DNA from: Hungateiclostridiaceae bacterium UBA1305
GTDB lineage: Bacteria; Bacillota; Clostridia; Acetivibrionales; DTU013
Length of the DNA stretch: 64,000 nucleotides
NCBI GenBank assembly: GCA_002307275.1
Contig: DBTX01000008.1
Span: 36,079 to 100,078, forward strand
Reading direction: 5' to 3'
A program made the position numbers and the translations under genes. Every line of letters starts with the position of its first letter. Position 1 is the first letter of the stretch. Positions 53,810 to 63,999 of the stretch are shown piece after piece. The notes under the pieces were generated by a model, which searched no databases, was not told the origin of the DNA, and worked only from the letters and a program-made list of their open reading frames with translations.

Positions 53810-54403
53810 TTAGCTTCCGAAATCAACCTTTGGCGCTTCCTGAGCTTCCGGGCTGGCCTTGAAATAATCCCTGGTTTCATATCCCATGAAACGGGCAAAA
53901 ATATTACCGGGGAATCTGATCACTTTTGTATTGTAGGCCTGAACCGAATCAATAAAATTCTTCCTTGCAACTGCAACCCTGTTTTCAGATCCAGCGATAT
54001 CTGTCTGCAAATTGGTGAACTGCTCACTTGCCTTCAGATCAGGATAATTCTCCGCCAGCACAAGCATACCTCTTGCTGAAGCTGCAAGCTTTTCATCAGC
54101 GGCAAGCTTACTGTCGATATCTGTTGATCCGTATAATGCTGTCCTGGAAGCTGCGATATCGCCGAATACTTTTTCCTCATGCTTCACATAACCTTTGACA
54201 ACAGCAACATCATTGTTAATCAAGTCTGCCCTTCTCTGCATCACATTCTCGACCTGGCTCCATTGGCTTTGCACTTCCTGATCCGCAACAGCCAAACCGT
54301 TATAAGAGGAATATGATCCGATAACAAGTATCAATGCTACCAGAGCAAAAACACCCCATTTAATCCATCTTCCACGATTGTACGAATTATAACTGGTACT
54401 CAT
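53810..54403 (-). CDS. lemA: LemA family protein
   Basis: TM, then YNGL...QWSQVE..MQRRADL, ENYPDLKAS, ENRVAVAR, FPGN. Confidence 0.93.
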   Translation of the reverse strand: MSTSYNSYNRGRWIKWGVFALVALILVIGSYSSYNGLAVADQEVQSQWSQVENVMQRRADLINNDVAVVKGYVKHEEKVFGDIAASRTALYGSTDIDSKLAADEKLAASARGMLVLAENYPDLKASEQFTNLQTDIAGSENRVAVARKNFIDSVQAYNTKVIRFPGNIFARFMGYETRDYFKASPEAQEAPKVDFGS

Positions 54404-54908
54404 ATTAATACACCCTTTCCTGAACAGAGTCATTAATCTTCATCTATAAATCCCATAATAGTAGGATTATATGAAGATTTAGTGAATTTTATATATTCAA
54501 CGCTGAAAACCGGTAATTTGTCTGACGCAAAAGGTAAGTTTAAAAATGGAAAAGAGCCTTGCGGCTCAATTTCAAGATGCTGGCTATGTTGTAAGGATTA
54601 GTAGATCTACTCCGTGTAAGCAATCAGAACTATTTTGCTTTTTAGATTTTCTGATAAATCCTTCTCCAGTTTCGAGATCTTATCAAGTACATCCTTGTTA
54701 TTTTTTATGTCTGCATGCTGATATTTCGTTTCCATTCGAAACCCTCCTATATATCTTTTAGTACCAATTATTTACTAACAGAGTGGTTTTTATTCGTGAT
54801 GAAATTAGTATCAGCCGGATTTATCATTTATCGCAGTTATAGCATTCAACTATGTTTTCTTTTGTTCCGGGACAAAATGATATTGCATATACTTACTCCT
54901 TCATGCCC

Positions 54909-57068
54909 TTATTCCAATATCTCCAATTTCTTCAATCGGCTCCTGATCGAGCCTGATGTTCTGCCATGCAGCTGACTGATCTCTGATATGCTAATATTCT
55001 GTTCATATTCCGTTCTCAACTTTTCGTCTTCCTCTTTACTCCAGGCATTATATGCGCTTAACTTTCCTTGCGATATCAACCTTTCCTTATACTGGCGGAA
55101 AACATTTTTCGAGTCGTTCTCCTGATCTGAAAAATCTGTGCTGCTATGTTTTATCTGCTTCTCTTCATTCTCATCCGTATAGGCCCTTATTTCTTCAATG
55201 AATAATTCTCCGTATTTTTCCAGTTTTGCCTGTCCGACGCCGTTCACGTCCATAAACTCTGTATGGTTCACCGGCAGTTTTCTGCACATATCCCAAAGTG
55301 TTGCATCCGAGAAGACAATATAAGCAGGGACACGCTGGTCTGCTGCTATTCTGTTTCTCAGCAATCTCAGCCTCTCAAACAACTCTTCATTAGACTTTTC
55401 GTCTTTACCCCTTGTTTTTCCGGATCGACTTGCTTGTTTTGCTTGCCTGCTCATCTTTTCCGTCTTCGTTTGCTTCTCTTTCTTATCTTCATTCTCATCT
55501 ATGTATTCATCATATTGCTTATACTGTTTCAGTATTTTCATTTTCACTCTGCATTCAGCCAAAAGCACTTTTGATGCACTCGCTTTGAGCCTGACCACCG
55601 GATACTCGGAATTTGTTACTTCAACAAAACCCTGCAGGGCCAAAAAATTTAAAATATCACGGATCTTACTTTCCGGATATTCAGCCATAATCGCATATGT
55701 TGTAAGTAAATTAAGCTTGTTTGATATCAGTTTCTGATTTTTACTACCCCTCAGGATATCAACAATCATTTTTATTCCAAACCGCTCACCGGACCTCTTG
55801 ATGCAGGATAATATTTTCTGAGCTTCCTCTGTAACATCCATCTCCTCAAAATTAGAACCGCAATTGGAGCAATTCCCACAATAATTGGATGGTCTCTCTC
55901 CAAAATAATTCAGGATATATTCCCGCAGGCAGTCATTGGTATGGCAGTAAAAGGTCATCAGCTTCAACAGCTGACGGTCCTTTTCCTTTACAGCAGCGAT
56001 CGTTTCCGCATCCAATTCCTCATTTTCACCGGCATTTTCAATGAGAAACTGGTTGGTTATCACATCCTGTCCACTGTAAAACAGCAGGCATTCCGCCGGT
56101 TCTCCGTCACGTCCCGCTCTCCCTGCCTCCTGATAATAGCTTTCCATGTTCTTTGGCATATTGTAATGAATCACAAAAGAGACATTCGATTTATCAATTC
56201 CCATACCAAAGGCGTTTGTGGCCACCATGATATTGGCATTGTCATAGATAAATGAATCCTGATTCTCCCTGCGTTCCTTTTCAGATAGTCCTGCATGATA
56301 TTTTGTGGCATTAAAACCGGAGGAAATCAGTCTGGCACATACTTCATCAACCGCTTTTCTTGTCGAGCAATATACAATTCCATATCTGTTCTCCCGGCCC
56401 TTCAAATATTGTTTCAGCTCAGCAAGCTTGTCCTTTGGCTTGGTTACGGAAAAGTACAGATTCTTCCTGTCAAAGCCTGTGGTCAGGATATGCGGCGTCT
56501 TCAGCTTCAATTTAACCACGATATCATCACAGACCTTTGAAGTGGCTGTTGCAGTAAAGGCAGACACCACCGGCCTTGTTGACAGGCTGTCTATAAACTG
56601 CGTAACCTTCAGGTAACTGGGGCGAAAATCCTGTCCCCATTGCGATACGCAATGAGCTTCATCAATTGCCACCATCGCAATTTTCATGCTTTGGGCAAAG
56701 GAAATAAATTCCTGTGTCTGCAGTCTTTCCGGAGCAATGTAAATGATTTTGTACATATTTCCGGCCGCGTTCTGCAGTGCTTTTACGTATTGTCCATAGC
56801 TCAGTGAGCTATTCAGATATGCAGCACTGATGCCAGCCTGATTGAGAGAATAGACCTGGTCCTTCATTAACGATATCAATGGTGAAATCACTAACGTTAT
56901 ACCATCAAAAATCAACGCGGGCAGTTGATAGCAAATGGACTTTCCTGCTCCCGTCGGCATGACTCCCAGCGTATCGATCCCGTTCAGGATATGGTCAACA
57001 AGGTCTTCCTGCCCTGTTACAAATGAATCATAACCAAAATATTTCTTTAAAGCACTTAATTTTTCCAT
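54909..57068 (-). CDS. recQ: ATP-dependent DNA helicase RecQ
   Basis: PTGAGKS, DEAHCVSQWGQDFRP, ATNAFGMGID, QEAGRAGRDG, Zn site CGNCSNC, RQC and HRDC domains, plus an extra C-terminal helical domain. Confidence 0.96.
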   Translation of the reverse strand: MEKLSALKKYFGYDSFVTGQEDLVDHILNGIDTLGVMPTGAGKSICYQLPALIFDGITLVISPLISLMKDQVYSLNQAGISAAYLNSSLSYGQYVKALQNAAGNMYKIIYIAPERLQTQEFISFAQSMKIAMVAIDEAHCVSQWGQDFRPSYLKVTQFIDSLSTRPVVSAFTATATSKVCDDIVVKLKLKTPHILTTGFDRKNLYFSVTKPKDKLAELKQYLKGRENRYGIVYCSTRKAVDEVCARLISSGFNATKYHAGLSEKERRENQDSFIYDNANIMVATNAFGMGIDKSNVSFVIHYNMPKNMESYYQEAGRAGRDGEPAECLLFYSGQDVITNQFLIENAGENEELDAETIAAVKEKDRQLLKLMTFYCHTNDCLREYILNYFGERPSNYCGNCSNCGSNFEEMDVTEEAQKILSCIKRSGERFGIKMIVDILRGSKNQKLISNKLNLLTTYAIMAEYPESKIRDILNFLALQGFVEVTNSEYPVVRLKASASKVLLAECRVKMKILKQYKQYDEYIDENEDKKEKQTKTEKMSRQAKQASRSGKTRGKDEKSNEELFERLRLLRNRIAADQRVPAYIVFSDATLWDMCRKLPVNHTEFMDVNGVGQAKLEKYGELFIEEIRAYTDENEEKQIKHSSTDFSDQENDSKNVFRQYKERLISQGKLSAYNAWSKEEDEKLRTEYEQNISISEISQLHGRTSGSIRSRLKKLEILE

Positions 57069-57498
57069 TTCAACCCCCTGATGCAACTTATTACATCGAC
57101 ATTCATTCTATCAAATTTCCCAAAAATTCGCTAGAAAATAACTTTTTGTACAGGCACAATTTGACACAAAAGAACTTCTGAATTTTCTTTGTGCATAAAT
57201 TCTTAGCTAAATTTTGATAAAGCCTATGCATAAAGACTGCCGACACAGGTCAATCAGCAGCCCTTGCTTTTTCAATTGGGAACACTCACCCACTAACTCT
57301 TCAATGAGAATGAAATATTCTCCCTGTTTATGTTGAAGGGTTCGCTCTACCATGGTTGATAACATTGTTACCGTAATGTAATTTCACAAATCGTTTGATT
57401 ATTTGGATTCACTTCTCCAAACCCTTATTGTTTGTAAAATTCAACAGCAGATAAGCCTGGACCGGCAAAAAATGCTGAAAATAGCTGAAAGACTTCTG

Positions 57499-59022
57499 TC
57501 AACGTTTATCATCTAAATGTACAATATTGTTGAACAAATCTTCTCCATAACTGGTGTGAAGCGGGCATCCCGGCTTGATGCAAAACGTCCTGCTGCCGTC
57601 TTCGCTTCTTTCCGCCCTCAGGAAAAGTGCTTTGGGCAAATTGAGATGACACATGTGTTCTGAAAACTCGAACAGATGTGTAACAAGAAGAACCTTTACT
57701 CCGATTTCATAAAGTGCAGTGACTATTTCTGAAGCAATTTCCGAGCCTTCTCTTTCCGTTGTAGTTGCAAGAGGCTCATTGACAAGCAGCATGGAGTCCA
57801 CGGAAATCAGATCGATGATACTGCTCATTCTTAATAATTCTTCGTCAAGCTTCCCGCTGTTCATACAGGCATCCTCTTCCCTTGTGAAGTGTGTGAAAAT
57901 CCGGTCACATACATTGGCGGCAAAATAAGCTGACGGGACAAACATCCCGCACTGCATGAAGAGCTGGGCAATCCCGATGCTTCTCAAAAATGTCGTCTTG
58001 CCTCCCTGATTCGCGCCTGTGATAACCAGCAGGGTTTTTTCACAGGCTTTCAAGGCATTGCCCACGGGCTTCTTTTTTTCGCTCAAGGCCAGGCTGACAT
58101 CATATAATCCATCAAACATAAGACTTCTATTGCTGATTCTCTCCGGCACCGGAAAAGTCACCGGAACATTTATCTCCGAAAGGCTGGTATGCAGATTGGC
58201 ACACCCCAGATAGAACCCGGTTTCATAACGCAGTAGCTGGAAATAATTCAGCATACTGCTGTTAAAATAATTGATCAGCCGCAGGATATGAATCAACGCC
58301 GCATCTTCCATCTCTCTCGCGCTATTTGCCAGACGGTTGTTATCAAGAGGAATCTCATTGCCTGCAGCAGACTTTTTCACTTTTTTTTCAGAATTCTCCC
58401 GCGAAGTGTATCTGGAAATCCTTCTGAGTATGTGGCCTTTCCCTTTCATACCGGTGCCGATCCCCGATCCGATAATAATCCTGCCTCCTTCGGACAGATA
58501 TTTGAGATCAGATATATGCTGTTCCAGATTCATAAAAAATTCATCCGTCAAATAACTTGCCTGCTGATTGAAAAACCTGGAGAACCCTTCCGAGTGAAAA
58601 TTATTTTCCGCCTGGCGGGATATGGCCCGGAGTTTTTCAAGCTTTACGATCAGACTCTCGAACAATGCCACGGAATTCATCAGCTTGGTAGATGTTGAGA
58701 TGATTTTCGAATAACTTGGCTGCATATTTTGCACGTAATCAGCGGCTTCATTCAATGCATCCGTTGCTATAGAATATAATCTACCTGTCACAGCCTTATT
58801 GGCAAGGCAATCCTGCAGTACCTTCTGCCTGTATATCAAGGTGCTGATGTCAGTCAAACTGTTCAGTACAATGCTCCTGACGGTACTGTGAAGAAATTTA
58901 TCCTTTTGGGACATGGCCTGAAAGATGACCGATAAATTCAGATCCTCCGTCAATTCATCTTCATTCAAACCTTTTCCAGGATTTTTATCCTCATACACTT
59001 TATATAGTAAAAATGGTTTCAT
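57499..59022 (-). CDS. MutS-related ATPase (domain V only; MutS4B-like)
   Basis: ITGANQGGKTTFLRSIG, QCGMFVP, IFTHF, LLVNEP, VTHL, SYG; no mismatch-binding domain. Confidence 0.85.
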   Translation of the reverse strand: MKPFLLYKVYEDKNPGKGLNEDELTEDLNLSVIFQAMSQKDKFLHSTVRSIVLNSLTDISTLIYRQKVLQDCLANKAVTGRLYSIATDALNEAADYVQNMQPSYSKIISTSTKLMNSVALFESLIVKLEKLRAISRQAENNFHSEGFSRFFNQQASYLTDEFFMNLEQHISDLKYLSEGGRIIIGSGIGTGMKGKGHILRRISRYTSRENSEKKVKKSAAGNEIPLDNNRLANSAREMEDAALIHILRLINYFNSSMLNYFQLLRYETGFYLGCANLHTSLSEINVPVTFPVPERISNRSLMFDGLYDVSLALSEKKKPVGNALKACEKTLLVITGANQGGKTTFLRSIGIAQLFMQCGMFVPSAYFAANVCDRIFTHFTREEDACMNSGKLDEELLRMSSIIDLISVDSMLLVNEPLATTTEREGSEIASEIVTALYEIGVKVLLVTHLFEFSEHMCHLNLPKALFLRAERSEDGSRTFCIKPGCPLHTSYGEDLFNNIVHLDDKR

Positions 59023-60566
59023 CGTCCGATACGCTCCTTTATCCGGCTAAAAGACAGATCATATTTCTCAGCGATCGTATTTGCATAGGCTAACCCGTCT
59101 GCAGGCTTTCTGACAATTTTATAAGTGCGCAGGACATCCTTTCCGGGAATAGCCGTGGCTGCAAGACTTATCACTTTGTCGCTGATGGAGGCAAGCTCGT
59201 GAATATGTGTTACATAAAGGCAAATACAATCGAGCGAAATGAAATGCTCCAGAATTCTTTTACCCATTGTATAGGCATCCTGAGAAGTGGTGGTTGCAAA
59301 CAATTCATTCAATACGATAATACTGTTTGTTGTTATATCCTTTAAAATGGAATTCAACCGGATTAGTTCTTCCTTCAACCGGCCGGCATTTGACCCTGGA
59401 CTTTCCTCAGTTGAAAAGTGAGTAAAAAGTCGGTCAAAAAGAAAAAGTCTGGCTTTTCTGCATGGCACAGGACACCCGATGGAAGCCAGAAAGAGAATTT
59501 GTCCGAAGGTTCTTGCAAACGTGGTCTTTCCGCCCTGATTAGGCCCGGTCAGAATGAAAATCCTTTCCCTGCTTTCCATAGTAAAGTCATTTGGAACGAC
59601 AGGCATCACCAAATCCCTGTTTTTATACGCCAAGGCCATATCATACCCTCCTGTTACCTCAAGCCTTTTTTCCGAAGTCACCTCGGGATATGCGAATTCC
59701 AGCCCACGACGCCTTAATTTCCCTATGTACTCCTGATACGAAACATAGAACTGGATCTCCCTGTCAAAACACATAATTACCGTGTCCATAAAATCAACAT
59801 GCTTTTCCGCATATTCATCCAGTTTTTCAAATACATCAATATTCGACTTCCTGACCATTTCAAGGATCTTATTTTCCAGTTCACACATTTCCAGTTCGGT
59901 AAAGAATTGAATCCTGTAATCAAATGCCACATCGCAGAACTGTTCGAATGCTCCGTTAATGGCAGCACAGTAGTCTTGGGTATCTGTATCGGCATCTACA
60001 GTCAATTTGCCGCTTTCCAGCTGAAGGCTGTATCGGATTTTATCAAATGTATTTATCAAATCACTGGTGCTTACAGAAAGTATTTGAAAGCTTTCCGAAC
60101 GGATGTAGTCAGTCAACCAGCCATAAAAGACGGATAAACCCCTTGAATGCAAATGAACTGCCGTTAATGACCGGTTCAGGTCAATAATGGAATTGCAATA
60201 CAGGTTTGCCGCATCAAGAAGCCACTTTTCGCGCTGGTAAGCATTGTGGACTCTACGGCTGAAGCCTGTATACTCCCTGATTTTCTTCATTTTCGCAGAG
60301 AAGGCAGCGATGCTGCTGAATATTTCAGTATTTTCAAGCTCCTTCATAATATCGAGCCTGTAATGAACCGTTGAAGCATCCTGCAAGCTCTGGAAGAAAA
60401 AGGGCTTCAGGTTATATTCCTCTTTGCCGTCTACGATCTCATCAACAATCTGGTCCAGATTTAAATTCGTAAAGAATTCAGGTTTATTGCATTGATCTTG
60501 CGACAATCGCAGTGCAGCTGCAGATTCAAATAAAATGCTTTGGTAATCCATGTTGTTATTGAACAT
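59019..60566 (-). CDS. MutS-related ATPase (domain V only; MutS4A-like)
   Basis: PNDF, LTGPNQGGKTTFAR, LFTHF, IVLNELFATT, YVTH; ATGA overlap with its partner; start 60566 after GAGGT. Confidence 0.85.
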   Translation of the reverse strand: MFNNNMDYQSILFESAAALRLSQDQCNKPEFFTNLNLDQIVDEIVDGKEEYNLKPFFFQSLQDASTVHYRLDIMKELENTEIFSSIAAFSAKMKKIREYTGFSRRVHNAYQREKWLLDAANLYCNSIIDLNRSLTAVHLHSRGLSVFYGWLTDYIRSESFQILSVSTSDLINTFDKIRYSLQLESGKLTVDADTDTQDYCAAINGAFEQFCDVAFDYRIQFFTELEMCELENKILEMVRKSNIDVFEKLDEYAEKHVDFMDTVIMCFDREIQFYVSYQEYIGKLRRRGLEFAYPEVTSEKRLEVTGGYDMALAYKNRDLVMPVVPNDFTMESRERIFILTGPNQGGKTTFARTFGQILFLASIGCPVPCRKARLFLFDRLFTHFSTEESPGSNAGRLKEELIRLNSILKDITTNSIIVLNELFATTTSQDAYTMGKRILEHFISLDCICLYVTHIHELASISDKVISLAATAIPGKDVLRTYKIVRKPADGLAYANTIAEKYDLSFSRIKERIGR

Positions 60567-60579
60567 TTTCAATACCTCA

Positions 60580-61041
60580 CTATAGCCAGAGTGCTTCGGA
60601 AAGGATCGTTTCTGTTTTGATATTCTCAAGGCAGACCAGTCTTGCCATTTTATAAGCGTCCGGTGGCTCCCCGCCATCTTTTTCATTCTGCTCAAGCTTT
60701 GAAAAGGCGGCAGACTTGATTTTTTCAATGTTCTCAATATTGAATCCGGCGATTTCAATCTGGTTCTCCCAGTAATCCTTCATCGTTTTCATGGTATTGA
60801 CAAGTTGCCCCGGATCCAGTCCGTGATCCACAAGCTGTTTAATACCAATCAGCTTGACGCCGATCGCCTTAAGTACAAGAATCGTGTTCAGAAGAGGAAG
60901 CTGATCCGCGGCGTAATAGCGGTATCCGGTTTGTTCATCCGCATGCTCCGGACTAAATAGCCTCATCTTATCATAAAGCCGTAATGCTCTGATCGAAATA
61001 TCAAACATCGCGGCTATCTCACCTATTTTAAAATAAACCAC
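60580..61041 (-). CDS. MerR family transcriptional regulator (short C-terminal domain)
   Basis: FKIGEIAAMFDISIRALRLYDKMRLFSP...TGYRYY; probable GTG start at 61041. Confidence 0.9.
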   Translation of the reverse strand: MVYFKIGEIAAMFDISIRALRLYDKMRLFSPEHADEQTGYRYYAADQLPLLNTILVLKAIGVKLIGIKQLVDHGLDPGQLVNTMKTMKDYWENQIEIAGFNIENIEKIKSAAFSKLEQNEKDGGEPPDAYKMARLVCLENIKTETILSEALWL

Positions 61042-61126
61042 TGGATTATTACACCCCCCTGCATAATCAAGCATAAGTCATAAGCACAATAAACCTGATA
61101 ACAAAAAAGCAATACAGCTCATTTAC

Positions 61127-61157
61127 AGAATAAACCATAACTCATGTGTAGAGTCAA
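61127..61157 (-). promoter_or_regulatory. MerR-type promoter with a 19-bp spacer
   Basis: Minus strand TTGACT (61157-61152)-N19-TATTCT (61132-61127). Confidence 0.6.
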
Positions 61158-61405
61158 GAGATTTTATTATGAAAATGAGAATCCAGGAATCGCTCCCATA
61201 TTTTCTATCATCGCCTTCTTTTGTTTATGATTCAAGATAAAATTTCATTATTCTGCTTGATAATTTACTTTGACGATGCCGTGGTTCCGGTGCTTTGGTG
61301 TGCGCACTTAATAATGATTATTTTCGTACACATAGTCCGTATTTTTCGCACAACTATATTGTATTATATCGTGCGGCATGGTATTATTAGATTGGAGGTG
61401 ATACC

Positions 61406-62173
61406 ATGACATCGATTTATTATAAAGAAGGAGTTTCCATATCAGCGACTGAGCTCAAACAGAACCTGGGCAAATATCTCGATCTCGTTGAACAGCAAAA
61501 CGATGTGGTAATAACCAAGAACGGCAGTAAAATAGCCAGGCTGACTCCCTATGTGACAGACATCGAGCAGTATTTCCTGGTGAAGGAAAACGCACTGGAC
61601 TACCAATACGGCGGTAAAAAGGTATCCTATGAGGAATTTTTGGAGATCTCTGAAAAAAGCACACTGAGAATGGAATTGCTCAATGGAGAAATCTATATAC
61701 TTGCATCTCCGAATATCGGGCATCAGGAGATTCTAGGAAGACTGTACATAATTTTCAGCGAATATTTCAAAGGAAAAAAATGCAGAGTATTTCTGGCTCC
61801 TTTTGATGTCCGTCTCAAAAAGAAGGATATTAAAACACCTGACGTCTTTCAGCCGGATGTGCTGGTAGCCTGTGATCTTGAAGACAACGTCAGCGAAAAA
61901 GGACGGTATATGGGAACTCCGACCCTTGTTGTGGAAATCCTTTCTGAAAGTACGAGAAACAAGGATATGGTCGATAAACTAAATACATATATGTTGTCCG
62001 GAGTGAAGGAATACTGGGTCGTTGACACAAAACAGGAATGCATTTTAATGTATGAATTTAATAATTGTGAGATTGACAAGTATAATGTATTCAAGAAGGG
62101 CAATGCTGCCAATTCGCTCGTTTTCAATGAATTATCGGCGGATGTCGGGGACTTGTTCAGTGATTTGCTATAA
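61406..62173 (+). CDS. Phd/YefM antitoxin-like DNA-binding domain fused to a Uma2-family PD-(D/E)xK domain
   Basis: ISATELKQNLGKYL...VVITKNG (Phd); ELLNGEI..SP..HQ, QPDV, LVVEILS, GVKEYWVVD (Uma2). Confidence 0.88.
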   Translation: MTSIYYKEGVSISATELKQNLGKYLDLVEQQNDVVITKNGSKIARLTPYVTDIEQYFLVKENALDYQYGGKKVSYEEFLEISEKSTLRMELLNGEIYILASPNIGHQEILGRLYIIFSEYFKGKKCRVFLAPFDVRLKKKDIKTPDVFQPDVLVACDLEDNVSEKGRYMGTPTLVVEILSESTRNKDMVDKLNTYMLSGVKEYWVVDTKQECILMYEFNNCEIDKYNVFKKGNAANSLVFNELSADVGDLFSDLL

Positions 62174-62284
62174 ACAGCTGTAAATTATTATAGATCATTA
62201 TAAAAAGAAGAGTATATTGATATTTTTCAGTAAACACTGTCTTGTAAGCTGTATTTAATAATGAACAGGAGAATTAAGTGAAAC

Positions 62285-62674
62285 ATGACAAAATTCAATG
62301 TCACCACCAATAAATCCGCCGAAATGCGGAACATCACCCGCGAAGTACAGGCATCTGTGACCGAAAGCGGCATTATATCCGGGATCTGTACAATTTTTGT
62401 ACCCCACACAACAGCAGGTGTCACAATCAATGAAAACGCCGATCCCGATGTAGTGCGCGACATCCTGATGGAGTTGAACAAAATCGTTCCCCTGAAAGAC
62501 GGCTATCAGCATATGGAGGGCAACTCCGCCGCACACATCAAAGCCGGCATATTCGGCTTCTCCCAGCAGCTGATCGTAGAGAACGGCCAACTGGTACTCG
62601 GCACCTGGCAGGGTATCTACTTCTGCGAATTCGATGGTCCGCGTCAGAGGCAGGTGTATGTGAAAGTGATGTGA
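62285..62674 (+). CDS. yjbQ: YjbQ/UPF0047 (secondary thiamine-phosphate synthase) family protein
   Basis: PHTTAG..INENADPDV, HMEGNSAAHIK, LGTWQGIYFCEFDGPR. Confidence 0.93.
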   Translation: MTKFNVTTNKSAEMRNITREVQASVTESGIISGICTIFVPHTTAGVTINENADPDVVRDILMELNKIVPLKDGYQHMEGNSAAHIKAGIFGFSQQLIVENGQLVLGTWQGIYFCEFDGPRQRQVYVKVM

Positions 62675-62695
62675 AATCGTGGGCTGACCATTTAT

Positions 62696-62736
62696 TATCA
62701 TGCGAACAGGCCGGGAGTTGGCCCATTCGCATGATA
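62696..62736. terminator. Hairpin between convergent genes
   Basis: TATCATGCGAA ... TTCGCATGATA. Confidence 0.6.
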
Positions 62737-62778
62737 TTTGACCGTATACCCGTCAATCACATCCGATTTTACCAATAA

Positions 62779-63999
62779 CTATAGCGTGTACAACAAGGTA
62801 TCAAACATTTTTCCGTCCTCATCCAAAATCTTCAGGCTGAATCCGATTTCGCGGCCGCTCATCTGCTTCGGATAATCCACGGTGCATTTTACTAGGCATT
62901 CGTTAAAGCCCTTGTTTAGACGGAAACCTTCCTTAGGAATTTGTTTCGGCTGTATCCCTGATTTTTCAAAAGTCCTGTTGCCGTTGATCCAGAGGGTAAA
63001 CGAACGCTCCGCAGCAAATTCAAACAAGCAGTCGGCTTCTCTTGGGCTCCAGATCCTGAATCTTGCGTAACCCGCGCCTTTGCCATTCTTCATCGGCTGC
63101 ATGCTCATCGGACGCATATCCACATAACCCCAGCAATTATAGCTGACAAAGTGGTTCCATGAGATCCTTCCATCCGAGGCGTCTGCAGCTGCACCGCCTG
63201 AACTGAGTTCACCGTCATCACTGTTTTTCTCCGATAGTCCGGCAGATGCTTTTCTATCATAGCCGGGCTTGATGATTCCCGCTTCAATCTGCTTCATGAT
63301 GTCTGCATCAACCGTATTTTCCTGATCAAAAAATCCTATTATGGCAGCCTGGTTCAAATAACCCGTGCCCCAGGTCATCTCCTTCACCACATGTTCAATT
63401 TTACCTTCAGCGGCGATATTTACAGAGAATATGGCTGTATGCTTCAACGGCAGTATTTCCCGGATCGGTGTGAATTCGAACATCATATCAGCTACACCCC
63501 GCTTTACAACAGCCCCCTTGTTCAAAGGTGTTTTTCTGAAATATACGGGCGCATCGGTCAGCCTCCATCCGGACGGTACCTCGACGGTATAATCGTATGC
63601 AGCTTCCACGTCCAGGGTATCGGCGGTCAGGTGTATCCTGCAAACGCCATCGGTATTCAAATCACTGTCAAAGTTCAATGCAGCAGAAGCTGCTCCAATT
63701 CCACCAGTATGGCGTACAAGCTTATATTTTCTTCCAGCCGGTATAAGCTTGTCGTTTCCTTCCAGCAATACCGATGTCAAGTTGTCACCGTCAATAAACA
63801 GCTTTGTTTTGGCATATGCTCCGCCTTCATAGTCATAGCTCACGCCGTCATCCTCATATAGGATATATTCGGCGGACCTGTCACCGTAAACGTGAACGTA
63901 AAGGTTGTCCATGGGTTTCTCATCAATGTAATTCACACAGTCGGCCATCGGTATCACTGCACCTTCTCTTATATAAAGCGGGATGCGGTTTAATGGGGC
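62779..63999 (-). CDS. GH31-type glycoside hydrolase, C-terminal part (gene starts beyond the window)
   Basis: APLNRIPLYIREGAVIPM and LYEDDGVSYDYEGG, typical of GH31 C-terminal domains; frame open to the window edge. Confidence 0.75.
   Translation of the reverse strand, partial: APLNRIPLYIREGAVIPMADCVNYIDEKPMDNLYVHVYGDRSAEYILYEDDGVSYDYEGGAYAKTKLFIDGDNLTSVLLEGNDKLIPAGRKYKLVRHTGGIGAASAALNFDSDLNTDGVCRIHLTADTLDVEAAYDYTVEVPSGWRLTDAPVYFRKTPLNKGAVVKRGVADMMFEFTPIREILPLKHTAIFSVNIAAEGKIEHVVKEMTWGTGYLNQAAIIGFFDQENTVDADIMKQIEAGIIKPGYDRKASAGLSEKNSDDGELSSGGAAADASDGRISWNHFVSYNCWGYVDMRPMSMQPMKNGKGAGYARFRIWSPREADCLFEFAAERSFTLWINGNRTFEKSGIQPKQIPKEGFRLNKGFNECLVKCTVDYPKQMSGREIGFSLKILDEDGKMFDTLLYTL

Noticed and set aside
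54546-54975. Small ORFs between lemA and recQ
   Set aside because: No RBS or recognisable motif; AT-rich intergenic sequence.
57369-57450. GNAT acetyltransferase remnant (minus strand SAVEFYKQ*GF)
   Set aside because: The match is only about 10 residues, too short to support without a search.
57499-60566. Canonical mismatch-repair mutS or mutS2
   Set aside because: Too short, no mismatch-binding or Smr domain, and no mutL nearby.
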